From assembly GCA_022360775.1 (NCBI GenBank), contig JAKSCD010000118.1, positions 1 through 56,551 on the forward strand: DNA of 56,551 nucleotides. The letters run 5' to 3'. Made by a program: the position numbers and the translations under genes. This stretch comes from Sneathiellales bacterium. Its GTDB lineage: Bacteria > Pseudomonadota > Alphaproteobacteria > Sneathiellales > Sneathiellaceae. This document shows positions 28,721-39,061 of this stretch, piece by piece (position 1 is the first letter of the stretch; every line of letters starts with the position of its first letter). The notes beneath the pieces are model-generated. The model was given only the letters and a program-made list of their open reading frames with translations. It did no database searches and was not told where the DNA came from.

Positions 28721-29314
28721 ATGGATGCGAGAAGAAGCGAATATGGAGTAGATCCGATTTTTCTGAATAGATGGTCCCCGCGCGGCTTTGATCAGGCAAG
28801 CATTTCACGTGCCGAGCTTTTTAAGATCGTTGAAGCGGCAAAATGGGCCCCGTCAGCTTATAACATTCAGCCCTGGCGATTTGTTTATTCCCTGCGCGAT
28901 GATGGATTTTGGAAGTCGCACCTGGCTTTGCTTGATGACTTTAATCAGTCCTGGGCAAAGGACGCTTCTGCCCTGATTTTCATTCTGGCGAACACTGTGA
29001 CCGTGAATGAAGAGACTAATAAGCAATATGAGGTTAAGACAGCCGGTTTCGATACAGGGGCTGCCTGGGCGCAACTGGCGCTGCAAGCGAGTTTGATGGG
29101 ATACCACGCTCACGCGATTGCCGGGCTTGATTTTGAAGGAGCAAAAGCGACGCTTCAGCTTCCCGAGGCAGTTAAACTTCAGGCTGGCATAGCAATTGGA
29201 CGAAAAGGAAATATAGAAGACTTGCCCGTAGAATTGCAGGAGCGGGAAACACCTAGCCCGAGAAAACCTGTACAAGACCTTCTGTTTGCAGGAAACTTCT
29301 CCCATGACGACTGA
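28721..29314 (+). CDS. Nitroreductase family protein
   Basis: RWSPRGF, AAKWAPSAYNIQPWRF, FDTGAAW; start reassigned after AAGGAG. Confidence 0.92.
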   Translation: MDARRSEYGVDPIFLNRWSPRGFDQASISRAELFKIVEAAKWAPSAYNIQPWRFVYSLRDDGFWKSHLALLDDFNQSWAKDASALIFILANTVTVNEETNKQYEVKTAGFDTGAAWAQLALQASLMGYHAHAIAGLDFEGAKATLQLPEAVKLQAGIAIGRKGNIEDLPVELQERETPSPRKPVQDLLFAGNFSHDD

Positions 29315-30230
29315 CGTAAGCGAAAAGAATAAAGCAGCAGGCCGCTCGATCGCGGCCAATCCTGTGGCGCTGTTACTGGTAACAGGATTTCTGGTGGGAC
29401 TTAATTTTCCCTTGGGAAAACTGGCCGGCGCCGCTGAAGTTTCCCCTACTCTCTGGGCTGCGCTCCTGTCGTTGGGGGTCTGCCTGCTTCTTGGACCGAT
29501 CCTTTGGCTGAAGAAACGGCTTTCGTTTTCCGGAAAGCAGATGGTGCGTTATGTGGTCATTTCCGCCATCATTTCCTTTATCATTCCCAATTTACTGCTT
29601 TTTACTGTCATCCCGCATACCGGATCGGGATATGCCGGGTTGATGTTTGCCTTATCTCCCGTTTTCACCTTAACGCTCGCGGGTATTTTCCGACTTAAAA
29701 CGCCAGGCTTTTTGGGAATGCTTGGGATTGCTACCGGCCTTGCAGGTGCAGCACTGGTCAGTTTTACGCGCGGGGGCGAGGAAAACGCACCTGACCTGAT
29801 CTGGTTAATTGCAGCACTGCTTGTCCCGATGACACTTGCCTGCGGCAATATATACAGGACAATTGACTGGCCGGCGGGCGCACAGCCTGATGCCCTCGCT
29901 TTTTGGAGCCACGGATTTTCTCTTCTCGTCTATGCTGTTCTGCTTTTCGCCGAGTTTGGATCAATTCCACTGGCCAGTCTGGCGGCTATACCGTTGGTCG
30001 CGCTCGGCCAGCTGATTGTAGGCGGGCTTACTTTTCCGGTGTTTTTTCGGCTTCAGCAAAAAGGCGGGCCCGTTCTTCTCAGTCAGCTTGGTTATGTCGC
30101 CGCTGCTGTCAGCCTTGTCGCTGCGACGCTGTTACTGGGGGAAAGCTACGCCATGCTGACCTGGATTGGCGCTGCGGTTATCGCTGTCGGGATCGGGATA
30201 ACCGTGCTCGCGCAAATAAGGGAAAACTAG
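29304..30230 (+). CDS. DMT/EamA family transporter
   Basis: About 10 hydrophobic segments, LSPVFT, LLGE; overlaps the nitroreductase stop. Confidence 0.85.
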   Translation: MTTDVSEKNKAAGRSIAANPVALLLVTGFLVGLNFPLGKLAGAAEVSPTLWAALLSLGVCLLLGPILWLKKRLSFSGKQMVRYVVISAIISFIIPNLLLFTVIPHTGSGYAGLMFALSPVFTLTLAGIFRLKTPGFLGMLGIATGLAGAALVSFTRGGEENAPDLIWLIAALLVPMTLACGNIYRTIDWPAGAQPDALAFWSHGFSLLVYAVLLFAEFGSIPLASLAAIPLVALGQLIVGGLTFPVFFRLQQKGGPVLLSQLGYVAAAVSLVAATLLLGESYAMLTWIGAAVIAVGIGITVLAQIREN

Positions 30231-31354
30231 CTGTGGAAACTCGCTGCGATACGGTCGTTCATGATTTCTGTTGAACCATCCGTATAGGCGGCGATTTTTG
30301 CACAGGCCAGATGATGGCCAAGATGCTTTTCTTCCAGAAGTCCATTGGCGCCCATGGATTGAATGCAGGCTGTTATCGCCGGAATGGTGATCTCGCCTGC
30401 AAGTTTTTTTGCCATGGCTGCACTTAAAACCGCATTCGGGCTTTCCTGATCTATTTCTCTCGCTGCTTTTTCGGCAAGAAGGGTCAGGCTCTCCAACTGA
30501 ACGCGAACATCTACAAGCGACCATTTCAAACCCTGGTGAGAAAGGAGCGGCTGGCCGAAACTTTTCCTTTCTTTCCCATATAAAATGGCTTGATTAAGGG
30601 CGTTTCTGATCATCCCGATGCACATGGCAGCCACATAGGTTCTCGCTCCATTGATGCCGCTCATGGCGATCTTGAACGCTTCTCCCGGAGGAGCCAGCAT
30701 ATCTTCATCAGGCGCGTAATAGTCGTTTAGATGAAATTCACCGGCACCAATGGCATGACCACCGATCAGGTCATAGATCTTCCCCCGCTTGAAACCCGGC
30801 TTATGCGCATCAATCAGAAAAGAGGCAATACCCCGCCATCCTTTCTCTGGATCGGTTTGTGCATAAAGCATGATGGTATCTGCAGTTGCGGCATTGGTGA
30901 TCCAGGCTTTGGTGCCGGAAATAATCCATCCACCGTCAGTTTTTGTTGCAGAAGTCTGAATGGCAGCAAAATCGCTTCCTGCACCAGGTTCAGTAAGGGC
31001 CGTACAGCCGACACGCCTGGCGGCACGAAGGGCCGGGGCGATTTCTTCATGGTGCCTTGCTGTGGCGCTCATGGAAAGGCGCGCAGCTACATTCTGAGAG
31101 TTAATCAAGGCAAAGGGGACCGCCATCGAATGTTCCGAGAGAGAGGAGGCAAGCATGAATTTATCTGTAAATCGCCCCCCTAATCCTCCCTTATCCTTTG
31201 CAGTTTCTAGTCCGAGTAATCCAAGCTCGGCCGCTTTGGTGAAAATATCCGTACTGGCATGATGATTTCTTTCCCAGTCAAGGATATGAGGCTTGATCAC
31301 TTCATTCGCATAGCGATCCAGAAGCGCAGGAAGTTCAGAAATAGAATAAATCAT
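30227..31354 (-). CDS. Acyl-CoA dehydrogenase
   Basis: ALTEPGAGSDF, GTKAWITNA, R.SFGQPL, YTDGSTEIM. Confidence 0.92.
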   Translation of the reverse strand: MIYSISELPALLDRYANEVIKPHILDWERNHHASTDIFTKAAELGLLGLETAKDKGGLGGRFTDKFMLASSLSEHSMAVPFALINSQNVAARLSMSATARHHEEIAPALRAARRVGCTALTEPGAGSDFAAIQTSATKTDGGWIISGTKAWITNAATADTIMLYAQTDPEKGWRGIASFLIDAHKPGFKRGKIYDLIGGHAIGAGEFHLNDYYAPDEDMLAPPGEAFKIAMSGINGARTYVAAMCIGMIRNALNQAILYGKERKSFGQPLLSHQGLKWSLVDVRVQLESLTLLAEKAAREIDQESPNAVLSAAMAKKLAGEITIPAITACIQSMGANGLLEEKHLGHHLACAKIAAYTDGSTEIMNDRIAASFHS

Positions 31355-31532
31355 GGGATGACCTTTTTATTTTAAACCCTATTAATCTGAGCGACTGCTG
31401 TCATTATTTTTCCGCATCAAGGAAAAAGAGGTGGAATTGGTAAAAGGATTATCAGAAAGCAGGTGAATGTATTAACATGCCCGGTCGGGCCAGAAGAAAC
31501 GGCTCGTGTATTAATCGCCAAAGAGGCTGACA

Positions 31533-32870
31533 ATGAAAAGCGCTATTCGCGGAACGCTTGTTTCATTCAAGGACAATCCTTTTCATACCGACAAATCGCA
31601 GTTTCTCTATCACGAGAGTGACGGAATAATTGTGATGGAGAACGGGAAAATCACCGATATGGGCCCCGCCTCGGAGCTTCTGGTTCGGTTGGATCCTGCC
31701 GTCGAGTTAACCCATTATAAAAATGCGCTGATTATGCCTGGCTTTATTGATTGTCATGTGCATTATCCTCAAACCGAGATTATCGGGGCGTATGGGGAGC
31801 AACTGATTGACTGGCTCAATAAATATACCTTTGTTGCGGAGCAGAAATTTGGAGATAAGTCTCACGCAGAGCTGACAGCGACCCTGTTCCTGAAAGAGGC
31901 ACTGGCAAATGGCACGACGACTGCCTCCGTTTTTTGCACGGTAGAGCCGACCTCTGTTGATGCTTTCTTTGAGCAATCCGTCAAGGCCGGCATGCGGAAT
32001 ATTGCGGGTAAGGTTTTAATGGATCGGAATGCGCCACCGGAACTTCTTGATACAGCGCAAACCGGGTATGACCAGACCAAGGCATTGATAGAAAAATGGC
32101 ATGGTAAAGACCGCTGTCTTTACAGTGTTACCCCCCGTTTTGCACCCACAAGTACACCTGAGCAGATGGAGATGACAGGGGCTGTCTGGAAAGAGCATCC
32201 CGGCACCTATCTTCAGTCGCATATTTCGGAAAATAAAGGGGAGATCGAATGGGTGAAGGAGCTTTATCCTTCGTCGAAGGATTATCTGGACGTTTATGAC
32301 AGTTTCGGCCATTTGGGACCAAGATCCATTTTGGGACACGGTGTGCATCTGAGTGAAAGTGAATTCACCCGGTTTTCAGAAACCGGAACAGCGATCTCTC
32401 ATTGCCCGACATCCAATTTTTTCCTGGGAAGCGGCCTTTTCAACCTGAAGTCTGCTGTTGCTAGTGAAAGAGCCGTGAGAGTAGGGCTCGCTACAGATTT
32501 GGGGGCAGGCACCAGCTTTTCCATGTTAGCTACAATGGGTGAAGCCTATAAGGTTTCACAGCTCCGTTCTTCCCCGATTACGGCTTGGCAGGCTTTCTAT
32601 CTGGCCACTCGCGGGGCAGCAGAAGCGCTTTATCTGGAGGATAAAATCGGCTCCTTGCAAACTGGTCATGAGGCGGATCTGGTGGTTCTGGATCTGAAGG
32701 CAACAGAGCTGCTGGACCATCGTCTTAATTTTGCTGATGATTTGCATGAGGAACTGTTCGTTCTTATGACTTTGGCGCCGTCTGAAGCGATCGCGGCAAC
32801 CTATATTGCCGGGGAGCTGGCAGCCTCTAGAAACCAGACAACAAATCGAATGGAATTTGCAAAATTCTAA
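31533..32870 (+). CDS. guaD: Guanine deaminase
   Basis: PGFIDCHVHYPQ, WLNKYTF, VTPRFAPTS, QSHISEN, HCPTSN, LATDLGAG. Confidence 0.95.
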   Translation: MKSAIRGTLVSFKDNPFHTDKSQFLYHESDGIIVMENGKITDMGPASELLVRLDPAVELTHYKNALIMPGFIDCHVHYPQTEIIGAYGEQLIDWLNKYTFVAEQKFGDKSHAELTATLFLKEALANGTTTASVFCTVEPTSVDAFFEQSVKAGMRNIAGKVLMDRNAPPELLDTAQTGYDQTKALIEKWHGKDRCLYSVTPRFAPTSTPEQMEMTGAVWKEHPGTYLQSHISENKGEIEWVKELYPSSKDYLDVYDSFGHLGPRSILGHGVHLSESEFTRFSETGTAISHCPTSNFFLGSGLFNLKSAVASERAVRVGLATDLGAGTSFSMLATMGEAYKVSQLRSSPITAWQAFYLATRGAAEALYLEDKIGSLQTGHEADLVVLDLKATELLDHRLNFADDLHEELFVLMTLAPSEAIAATYIAGELAASRNQTTNRMEFAKF

Positions 32871-33088
32871 AGAGTAGATTCGCCTGAAAAATTGCCTTTT
32901 ATATTATAGAAACACTTATTTATAAGAAATGTCTAAAATAGATGGATTTGTTTGTTAACCATATAGTTGGTTGATTTTTATCGGCTTCTTCAGGACCCGC
33001 ATTAAGACAAGAAACTTTAACGTAAATTTGCTTGTTTAGCGTGTGAATTATCCTTAATTTTTTCTTAAATTTAATTTAGGGGGATATT

Positions 33089-33925
33089 ATGAAATTACTC
33101 ACCGCATCCTTTGCGACGCTGGCCGTTCTTGCATCAATGAGCACTGCAAGTGCGACTGTTGTTAACAGTTTTGATGACAGCCCGATAGCTGCCTATCAAT
33201 GGTATAAAAGCGATATGCGTGAAGGAGGTACCGCAAGCATTGAGAGCCTGAGCGGCAAGGGCGGAAATCTCGAAAATAATGCACCACTTCCAACCGGGGC
33301 AGCCAAACTGACGACAGGGCTGAACAATGGCGATAAGGCTGAGGTGAAAATCAGCGGCAATTTTGGCACGGTTGGTGACTTTATTCGAAATGGCACCTTG
33401 TCCTATGATTATTTTAAGAGCAGTTCAGACGCCAATGGCTCTGCTACCGCCTCCATTAAACTGGAAATCGATGATGGAAATACGAATTCCGGGGATGGCT
33501 ATGCTGTTTTCGTTTACGAACCCTATTGGAATATTGTTCCGACTGTCTCCACCCAGCCGCCGCTAGATACATGGACGAATGTTGATATTTCCGGTGATAG
33601 CGGCACGTTCTGGCATACTGGAATTTACGGAGAGAGCAATCAGGCCGGTGGCGGCAATAATGGTATGACGCTCGAGGATTGGCACGAATATTTTGGTGGA
33701 GACTTGCTTGATGCCTTAATTACTGGTGTCTCAGTTGGCATTGGAACCTATAATCAGGGCGTAACAACCTATTTTGATGATGTGAAATTTGGAAACGGGC
33801 AGCTTGATCTTGCCTATGATTTTGAGGTTTCTGTGATTCCGCTCCCTGCTGCATTGCCTCTTTATGGTGCGGGTCTTGCTCTTCTCGGATTGCTGGGATG
33901 GAGAAAGAGAAAAGCACAAGCGTGA
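33089..33925 (+). CDS. VPLPA-CTERM (IPLPA variant) sorted exoprotein
   Basis: Signal ending ASA; C-terminal IPLPAALPL + TM + RKRK. Confidence 0.87.
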   Translation: MKLLTASFATLAVLASMSTASATVVNSFDDSPIAAYQWYKSDMREGGTASIESLSGKGGNLENNAPLPTGAAKLTTGLNNGDKAEVKISGNFGTVGDFIRNGTLSYDYFKSSSDANGSATASIKLEIDDGNTNSGDGYAVFVYEPYWNIVPTVSTQPPLDTWTNVDISGDSGTFWHTGIYGESNQAGGGNNGMTLEDWHEYFGGDLLDALITGVSVGIGTYNQGVTTYFDDVKFGNGQLDLAYDFEVSVIPLPAALPLYGAGLALLGLLGWRKRKAQA

Positions 33926-33948
33926 TACGCTGCTGGATTTTATCTAAG

Positions 33949-33976
33949 AAGGAGCGGAATTGACCGCTCCTTTTTT
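33949..33976 (+). terminator. Rho-independent terminator
   Basis: AAGGAGCGG-AATTGA-CCGCTCCTT followed by a T-run. Confidence 0.85.
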
Positions 33977-33977
33977 A

Positions 33978-34010
33978 TTGTCACAAAAGTTTCAAAAAAC
34001 TGTCACGAGC
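33978..34010 (+). promoter_or_regulatory. Pho-box-like triple direct repeat
   Basis: TTGTCACAAAA / GTTTCAAAAAA / CTGTCACGAGC with 11-bp period. Confidence 0.55.
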
Positions 34011-34118
34011 GGGTTTGTTTTTGTTAAGGAAATCCCTGCAAGCTAACCACTATTCGCGTAATAGTATGGTGGGTTGCTTGGAATGGGTGGGGACTGTACG
34101 GAGAAAAACCGGACGGAT

Positions 34119-35282
34119 ATGGCTGTCCTGCTAGAGGAGATCCCTCCTGTGGATAGTCACATTTATTGCCGCGATGTCGCGGAACTCTTCCGACAAAAAG
34201 AAAGTACTCGCGGTTTCGCTGTTGTGGAAGCTGGTGAGCCGGTTGGTATTATCGCGCGTGACGAGCTAACCATTCGTCTTGCAAGTCAATATGGTCACGC
34301 TGTTTATGGGAGGCGGGCTGTTACCGAACTGATGGATAATAATCCGCTTATTGTTGAGCTGAAAGATGATGTGCATGACGTTGAAAAACGTATTGCGGAG
34401 GGTTATCCAAACGCGCTCCTCTCAGGATTTATAATTGTTGAAAATGGTTTCTACCGGGGAATGGGAACCGGGCTTTCGCTGTTAAAATCAAGTGTTGAGA
34501 GAACGCGGGTGCGCAATGCGAAACTGGAGGCAATCACTGAGCAGGCCCAGCAGGCAAACACCGTGAAATCCCAGTTTCTTGCGAATATGAGCCATGAACT
34601 TCGCACGCCGCTTAATGCCGTGATCGGGTTTTCCGAACTCATTGTTCAGGAAGTGTATGGCAAAATAGAGCAGGAGAAATACAAGGATTATGCCCGGGAT
34701 ATTCTGGATAGTGGCCGACATTTGCTCTCCATGATCAATGATATTCTGGATATGTCCAAAATTGAGGCGGGCCGGTATGAGCTCAAGGAGCAACCCATTG
34801 ATCTTGATCGGGCTCTTGTCAATGCAACCAAGATGTGCCGTGTTCTGGCGGATGAGAAGAATATTGAATTGTCCTATTCGGGGGTTGATGGTCATCCCAT
34901 TCTGAAAGGCGATGAGCGTGCCGTTAAACAAATGCTTCTCAATCTGGTTTCAAACGGGATCAAATATACGCCGCCAAATGGAACCGTTTCGGTTTCAGCT
35001 GATTTTTCTGCCAACGGAACCGTTTCTATTGAAGTGGCAGATAGCGGGGTTGGAATCGAGGAGGCCTTGCTGGAAAAAGTTCTGGAGCCTTTTGCGCAGG
35101 CCGGCGCGGATATAAACAACAAGACTGAAGGAACCGGCCTTGGCTTGCCGATTGTCAAGGCACTCGCCGAGCTTCATGCTGCTGAATTTCTATTGGTCAG
35201 TAATGTTGGCATCGGAACGACGGCCACCCTGATTTTTCCAGCAGAGCGGATCTCCAGAATACAGAATAACCCGGCAGCCTAA
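34119..35282 (+). CDS. Cytoplasmic sensor histidine kinase with N-terminal CBS-like pair
   Basis: AVVEAGEPVGII...LMDNNPLIV (CBS-like); FLANMSHELRTPLNA H-box; NLVSNGIKYT, DSGVGI, GTGLGL; no TM segment. Confidence 0.9.
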   Translation: MAVLLEEIPPVDSHIYCRDVAELFRQKESTRGFAVVEAGEPVGIIARDELTIRLASQYGHAVYGRRAVTELMDNNPLIVELKDDVHDVEKRIAEGYPNALLSGFIIVENGFYRGMGTGLSLLKSSVERTRVRNAKLEAITEQAQQANTVKSQFLANMSHELRTPLNAVIGFSELIVQEVYGKIEQEKYKDYARDILDSGRHLLSMINDILDMSKIEAGRYELKEQPIDLDRALVNATKMCRVLADEKNIELSYSGVDGHPILKGDERAVKQMLLNLVSNGIKYTPPNGTVSVSADFSANGTVSIEVADSGVGIEEALLEKVLEPFAQAGADINNKTEGTGLGLPIVKALAELHAAEFLLVSNVGIGTTATLIFPAERISRIQNNPAA

Positions 35283-36076
35283 GCTGGAAATTTACCACCG
35301 AGCGCAGCGGTTATATCTCTTGAAAACTGCAGAACTATCTGGCCGAGCTCCTGTAGGCGGTCTGTGGAAATTCTGGCAGCGGGACCGGAAATCGACAGGG
35401 CAGCCATAGGCTCTGAAAATTCGTCAAAAATCACACTAGCGACACATCTTAACCCGATTGCGTGTTCTTCATCATCAAGGGCAAAACCCTGTTTCCGGCT
35501 TCTGGAAAGCTCTGATTTCAGTTGTGGAAGGGCGGTAATCGTTTTGTCAGTGAGACGCATGAGGCCTCTGTCTTCTACAATCCTTTCAATATCCTGATCC
35601 GTCATAAGCATGAGGATCGCTTTGCCGACGCCTGAACAATGCAAGGGGACGCGGTTGCCGGGTTTTGAATAAACCCGCATCATTTCCCGACTTTCAACCT
35701 GGGCCATATAGATGACGTCGTCCCCTTCCGAAATCGCGAGATTAACAGTCTCCCCATTTTCCTCCATCATACGGCGCATGAAAGGGCGGGCGACGCTGAC
35801 AAGATCTCGTGAGGATAAAAATCCGTTGCCGGTTACAAAGGCCTGCATCCCGATCTGCCAGTGGCTGGCATCCCTGTCATATTGAACATATCGTTCCTCT
35901 TGCAAGGTTGTCAGGAGGCGGTGGGTCGTTGACGGTGCAAGCCCGAGAGCTCTTGAAATACCTGTCAATGTCATACCAGGCGCATTCTCGGCTATGACAT
36001 TAAGGACGTTAAGAGCCCGGGTCAGGGATTGAACCTGGCCTGAACGATTTTGAACTGAAGATTTAGGGGCAGTCAT
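35279..36076 (-). CDS. IclR family regulator (AllR/BhcR-like), divergent from glcB
   Basis: [42 protein letters not shown]; start reassigned to ATG 36076. Confidence 0.92.
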   Translation of the reverse strand: MTAPKSSVQNRSGQVQSLTRALNVLNVIAENAPGMTLTGISRALGLAPSTTHRLLTTLQEERYVQYDRDASHWQIGMQAFVTGNGFLSSRDLVSVARPFMRRMMEENGETVNLAISEGDDVIYMAQVESREMMRVYSKPGNRVPLHCSGVGKAILMLMTDQDIERIVEDRGLMRLTDKTITALPQLKSELSRSRKQGFALDDEEHAIGLRCVASVIFDEFSEPMAALSISGPAARISTDRLQELGQIVLQFSRDITAALGGKFPA

Positions 36077-36085
36077 ACAAGATCC

Positions 36086-36133
36086 GTTTCCATAATGTGA
36101 AAACAATTCCAAAATATATTCCGTATTTTGGAA
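36086..36133. promoter_or_regulatory. Putative IclR operators
   Basis: Imperfect palindrome GTTTCCATAATGTGAAAAC (36086-36104) and perfect 10-bp IR TTCCAAAATA/TATTTTGGAA (36107-36133). Confidence 0.55.
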
Positions 36134-36198
36134 CCGTATGTCAATATGCGGAAAATTTTCAGCTTGGACGATGGTCCATTTTTAAGAAAGGGTTTGAA

Positions 36199-38370
36199 AT
36201 GGCTGACCGTCAGCAGAAAGGGAATTTGCAGGTTGCAAATGAACTGATTGGTTTGGTGGAAAATGAAATCTGTAACGGCATTGATCTGGCACCAGAAACG
36301 GTTTGGAGCGTTCTGAATACTGTTGTTGATAAATTTGCTGAAAAAAACCGGGAATTGCTGGCCAAGCGTGAGGAAATTCAAGAGAAGATTGATGACTGGC
36401 ACCTGCAAAGAAAAGGTACCGAAACCGATCTAGCGACTTATAAGAATTTCCTGAAGGAAATCGGATACCTGGTTTCCGAAGGGGAAGCATTTAAGGTTGG
36501 CACGGCAAATGTCGATCCTGAAATTGCCACTGTTGCAGGTCCGCAGCTTGTTGTCCCGGTTATGAACGCCCGGTTTGCCGTGAATGCAGCGAATGCCCGC
36601 TGGGGAAGTCTGTATGATGCTCTTTATGGTACAGATGTAATTTCAGAAGAAGGCGGTGCAGAAAAAAGCGGCGCTTATAATCCCGTTCGCGGGAACAAGG
36701 TCGTCGGCTTCGCATCCCAATTCCTGGATGAAAGCGCCCCCTTGTCAGCCGGTAGTCATTCGCAAGTAAAAGAATATAAACTGTCGGGTAATGGCACATT
36801 AGATGTTGAACTGACAAGCGGGGAGCAGACAACGCTCTCTGATCCTGAACAGTTTGCAGGTTATCTCGGCAATGCGTCTTCCCTGACAGCTGTTCTTCTT
36901 CAAAAAAATGGCCTTCATTTTGAGATCCAGATTGATCCTGATCATCCGATCGGAAAAGATCATCCTGCTGGCGTGAAGGATGTTCTTATGGAATCTGCGC
37001 TTTCCACCATTCAGGATTGCGAAGATTCTGTTGCGGCGGTTGATGCTGAAGATAAAGCCCAGGCTTATCGGAACTGGCTGGGCCTCATGAAAGGCACCCT
37101 GGAGGAAAGCTTTGAAAAAGGGGGTAAAAGCCTCACCCGCAGAATGAACCCGGATCGGGTTTATACGTCACCGGCGGGCGAAAAACTTGTCCTGCACGGA
37201 CGCAGCCTTCTTCTTGTCCGTAATGTGGGTCATCTTATGACAAATAATGCGGTTCTGGATGCGGATGGAAATGAAATTCCCGAAGGGCTTCTGGATGCGG
37301 TTATGACAGTGGCCTGTGCGCTGCATGATTTACGTGGAACCGGGGAGATCAAAAACAGCCGCTCAGGCAGTATATATATTGTTAAGCCGAAAATGCACGG
37401 TCCTGAAGAGGTTGCCTTTACAAATGAGATCTTCTCAGCCGTAGAAGATGGGTACGGGCTCGCGAGAAACACCATGAAAGTCGGTGTTATGGACGAGGAA
37501 CGTCGCACAACTGTTAATCTCAAGGAATGTATTCGTGCGGTGAAAGACCGGATCTTCTTTATCAATACGGGCTTTCTGGACCGGACAGGCGATGAAATTC
37601 ATACGAGCATGGAAGCAGGCGCTTTTATGCGAAAGGAAGATGCCAAAGGCGAGGCCTGGATTTCAGCCTATGAAAACTGGAATGTGGATATTGGTCTGGA
37701 AGCAGGATTCCCGGGACATGCCCAGATCGGCAAGGGGATGTGGGCCAAGCCGGATGAAATGGCAGAAATGATGGATGCCAAGATCGGTCATCCGCAGTCA
37801 GGCGCAAATTGTGCCTGGGTTCCCTCTCCAACCGCGGCAACACTCCATGCCATGCATTACCACAAGGTCTCAGTGATCGAACGTCAGAAAGAGCTCGCCT
37901 CTCGCGGCCGCGCTTCACTTGATGACATTCTTACGCCACCGCTGCTGAAAGGTGAAAATCTCTCTGATGAACAGATCCGCGGAGAACTTGAAAATAATGC
38001 ACAAGGTATCCTTGGCTATGTGGTGCGCTGGATTGATCAGGGTGTTGGATGTTCAAAAGTACCAGATATCAATAATGTCGGGCTGATGGAAGATCGGGCA
38101 ACATTGCGCATTTCCAGCCAGCATATCGCAAACTGGCTGCATCATGGTATTTGCACCGAAGAACGGGTCATGGAAGTGATGAAACGCATGGCCGCTGTTG
38201 TTGATGAGCAGAATGCCGGTGATCCTCTATATGAGCCTATGGCAGGCAATTTCGAGACTTCAGTGGCATTTCAGGCTGCATGCGAGCTTGTTTTTGAAGG
38301 CAGGTCTCAGCCGAGCGGCTACACGGAGCCCATTCTTCATCGCCGGCGACTGCAGAAAAAAGCGAGTTAA
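36199..38370 (+). CDS. glcB: Malate synthase G
   Basis: [68 protein letters not shown]. Confidence 0.98.
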   Translation: MADRQQKGNLQVANELIGLVENEICNGIDLAPETVWSVLNTVVDKFAEKNRELLAKREEIQEKIDDWHLQRKGTETDLATYKNFLKEIGYLVSEGEAFKVGTANVDPEIATVAGPQLVVPVMNARFAVNAANARWGSLYDALYGTDVISEEGGAEKSGAYNPVRGNKVVGFASQFLDESAPLSAGSHSQVKEYKLSGNGTLDVELTSGEQTTLSDPEQFAGYLGNASSLTAVLLQKNGLHFEIQIDPDHPIGKDHPAGVKDVLMESALSTIQDCEDSVAAVDAEDKAQAYRNWLGLMKGTLEESFEKGGKSLTRRMNPDRVYTSPAGEKLVLHGRSLLLVRNVGHLMTNNAVLDADGNEIPEGLLDAVMTVACALHDLRGTGEIKNSRSGSIYIVKPKMHGPEEVAFTNEIFSAVEDGYGLARNTMKVGVMDEERRTTVNLKECIRAVKDRIFFINTGFLDRTGDEIHTSMEAGAFMRKEDAKGEAWISAYENWNVDIGLEAGFPGHAQIGKGMWAKPDEMAEMMDAKIGHPQSGANCAWVPSPTAATLHAMHYHKVSVIERQKELASRGRASLDDILTPPLLKGENLSDEQIRGELENNAQGILGYVVRWIDQGVGCSKVPDINNVGLMEDRATLRISSQHIANWLHHGICTEERVMEVMKRMAAVVDEQNAGDPLYEPMAGNFETSVAFQAACELVFEGRSQPSGYTEPILHRRRLQKKAS

Positions 38371-38379
38371 TTCAAGCAG

Positions 38380-38409
38380 AAAGAGGAACAGAGATGTTCC
38401 TCTTTTTTT
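38380..38409 (+). terminator. Rho-independent terminator of glcB
   Basis: AAAGAGGAACA-GAGA-TGTTCCTCTTT + TTTT. Confidence 0.85.
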
Positions 38410-38587
38410 GTTTGTCAACTAATGGATGTGCTAATTAGAAATTGAGCACTACTTAAAAATGTATATGCTGCCCTTATACACCGATTTTGTGGCATACTAT
38501 TGTGAAGGCCATGATGACTATATTCTGCATTTAATGGGCACAAATGCAGGACGTGCTGTCAAATAAACAGGGGTTGGGAGCTATCAC

Positions 38588-39058
38588 TTGAGCGTTAAAA
38601 ATACGATGAAGAAATCTGAACCGGCGAATGCAGATCTGGAATTGGGACCGCTGGAGCAGAATGTTGGGTACTTTATGCGAAAAGCTGTTTTGGCTTCGCA
38701 AAGTAAATTCCAAAGAGAATCTGGCGTAAAATTGATGACCGGGCAATATTCGGTTATGGAGATTATTGCTCAGAACCCCGGAAAAACACAGTCTGCGATC
38801 GCACTGACAGCGGGTCTGGATCGTTCTTCCCTGGTGCCGATCCTCAATCAGTTTGAAAAGAACCATTTGATCGTTCGGGAAGCCGTGGAATCGGATAAGC
38901 GGGCCTATGCGGTGTCCCTGACGGAAAAGGGTTATCAGGAACTTGAGACGTTGCGGGTGCAGGTGGAAGAGATGGAGGCAAAATTCATTGCTGGCCTTGG
39001 TGCCCGAAATCACCAACAGCTTATCAATCTGCTGAGGAAATTTCTGGCGATCCTGTAG
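38588..39058 (+). CDS. MarR family regulator
   Basis: NPGKTQSAIA...LDRSSLV...DKRAYAVSLTEKG; TTG start after GGGAG. Confidence 0.88.
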   Translation: MSVKNTMKKSEPANADLELGPLEQNVGYFMRKAVLASQSKFQRESGVKLMTGQYSVMEIIAQNPGKTQSAIALTAGLDRSSLVPILNQFEKNHLIVREAVESDKRAYAVSLTEKGYQELETLRVQVEEMEAKFIAGLGARNHQQLINLLRKFLAIL

Positions 39059-39061
39059 ATC

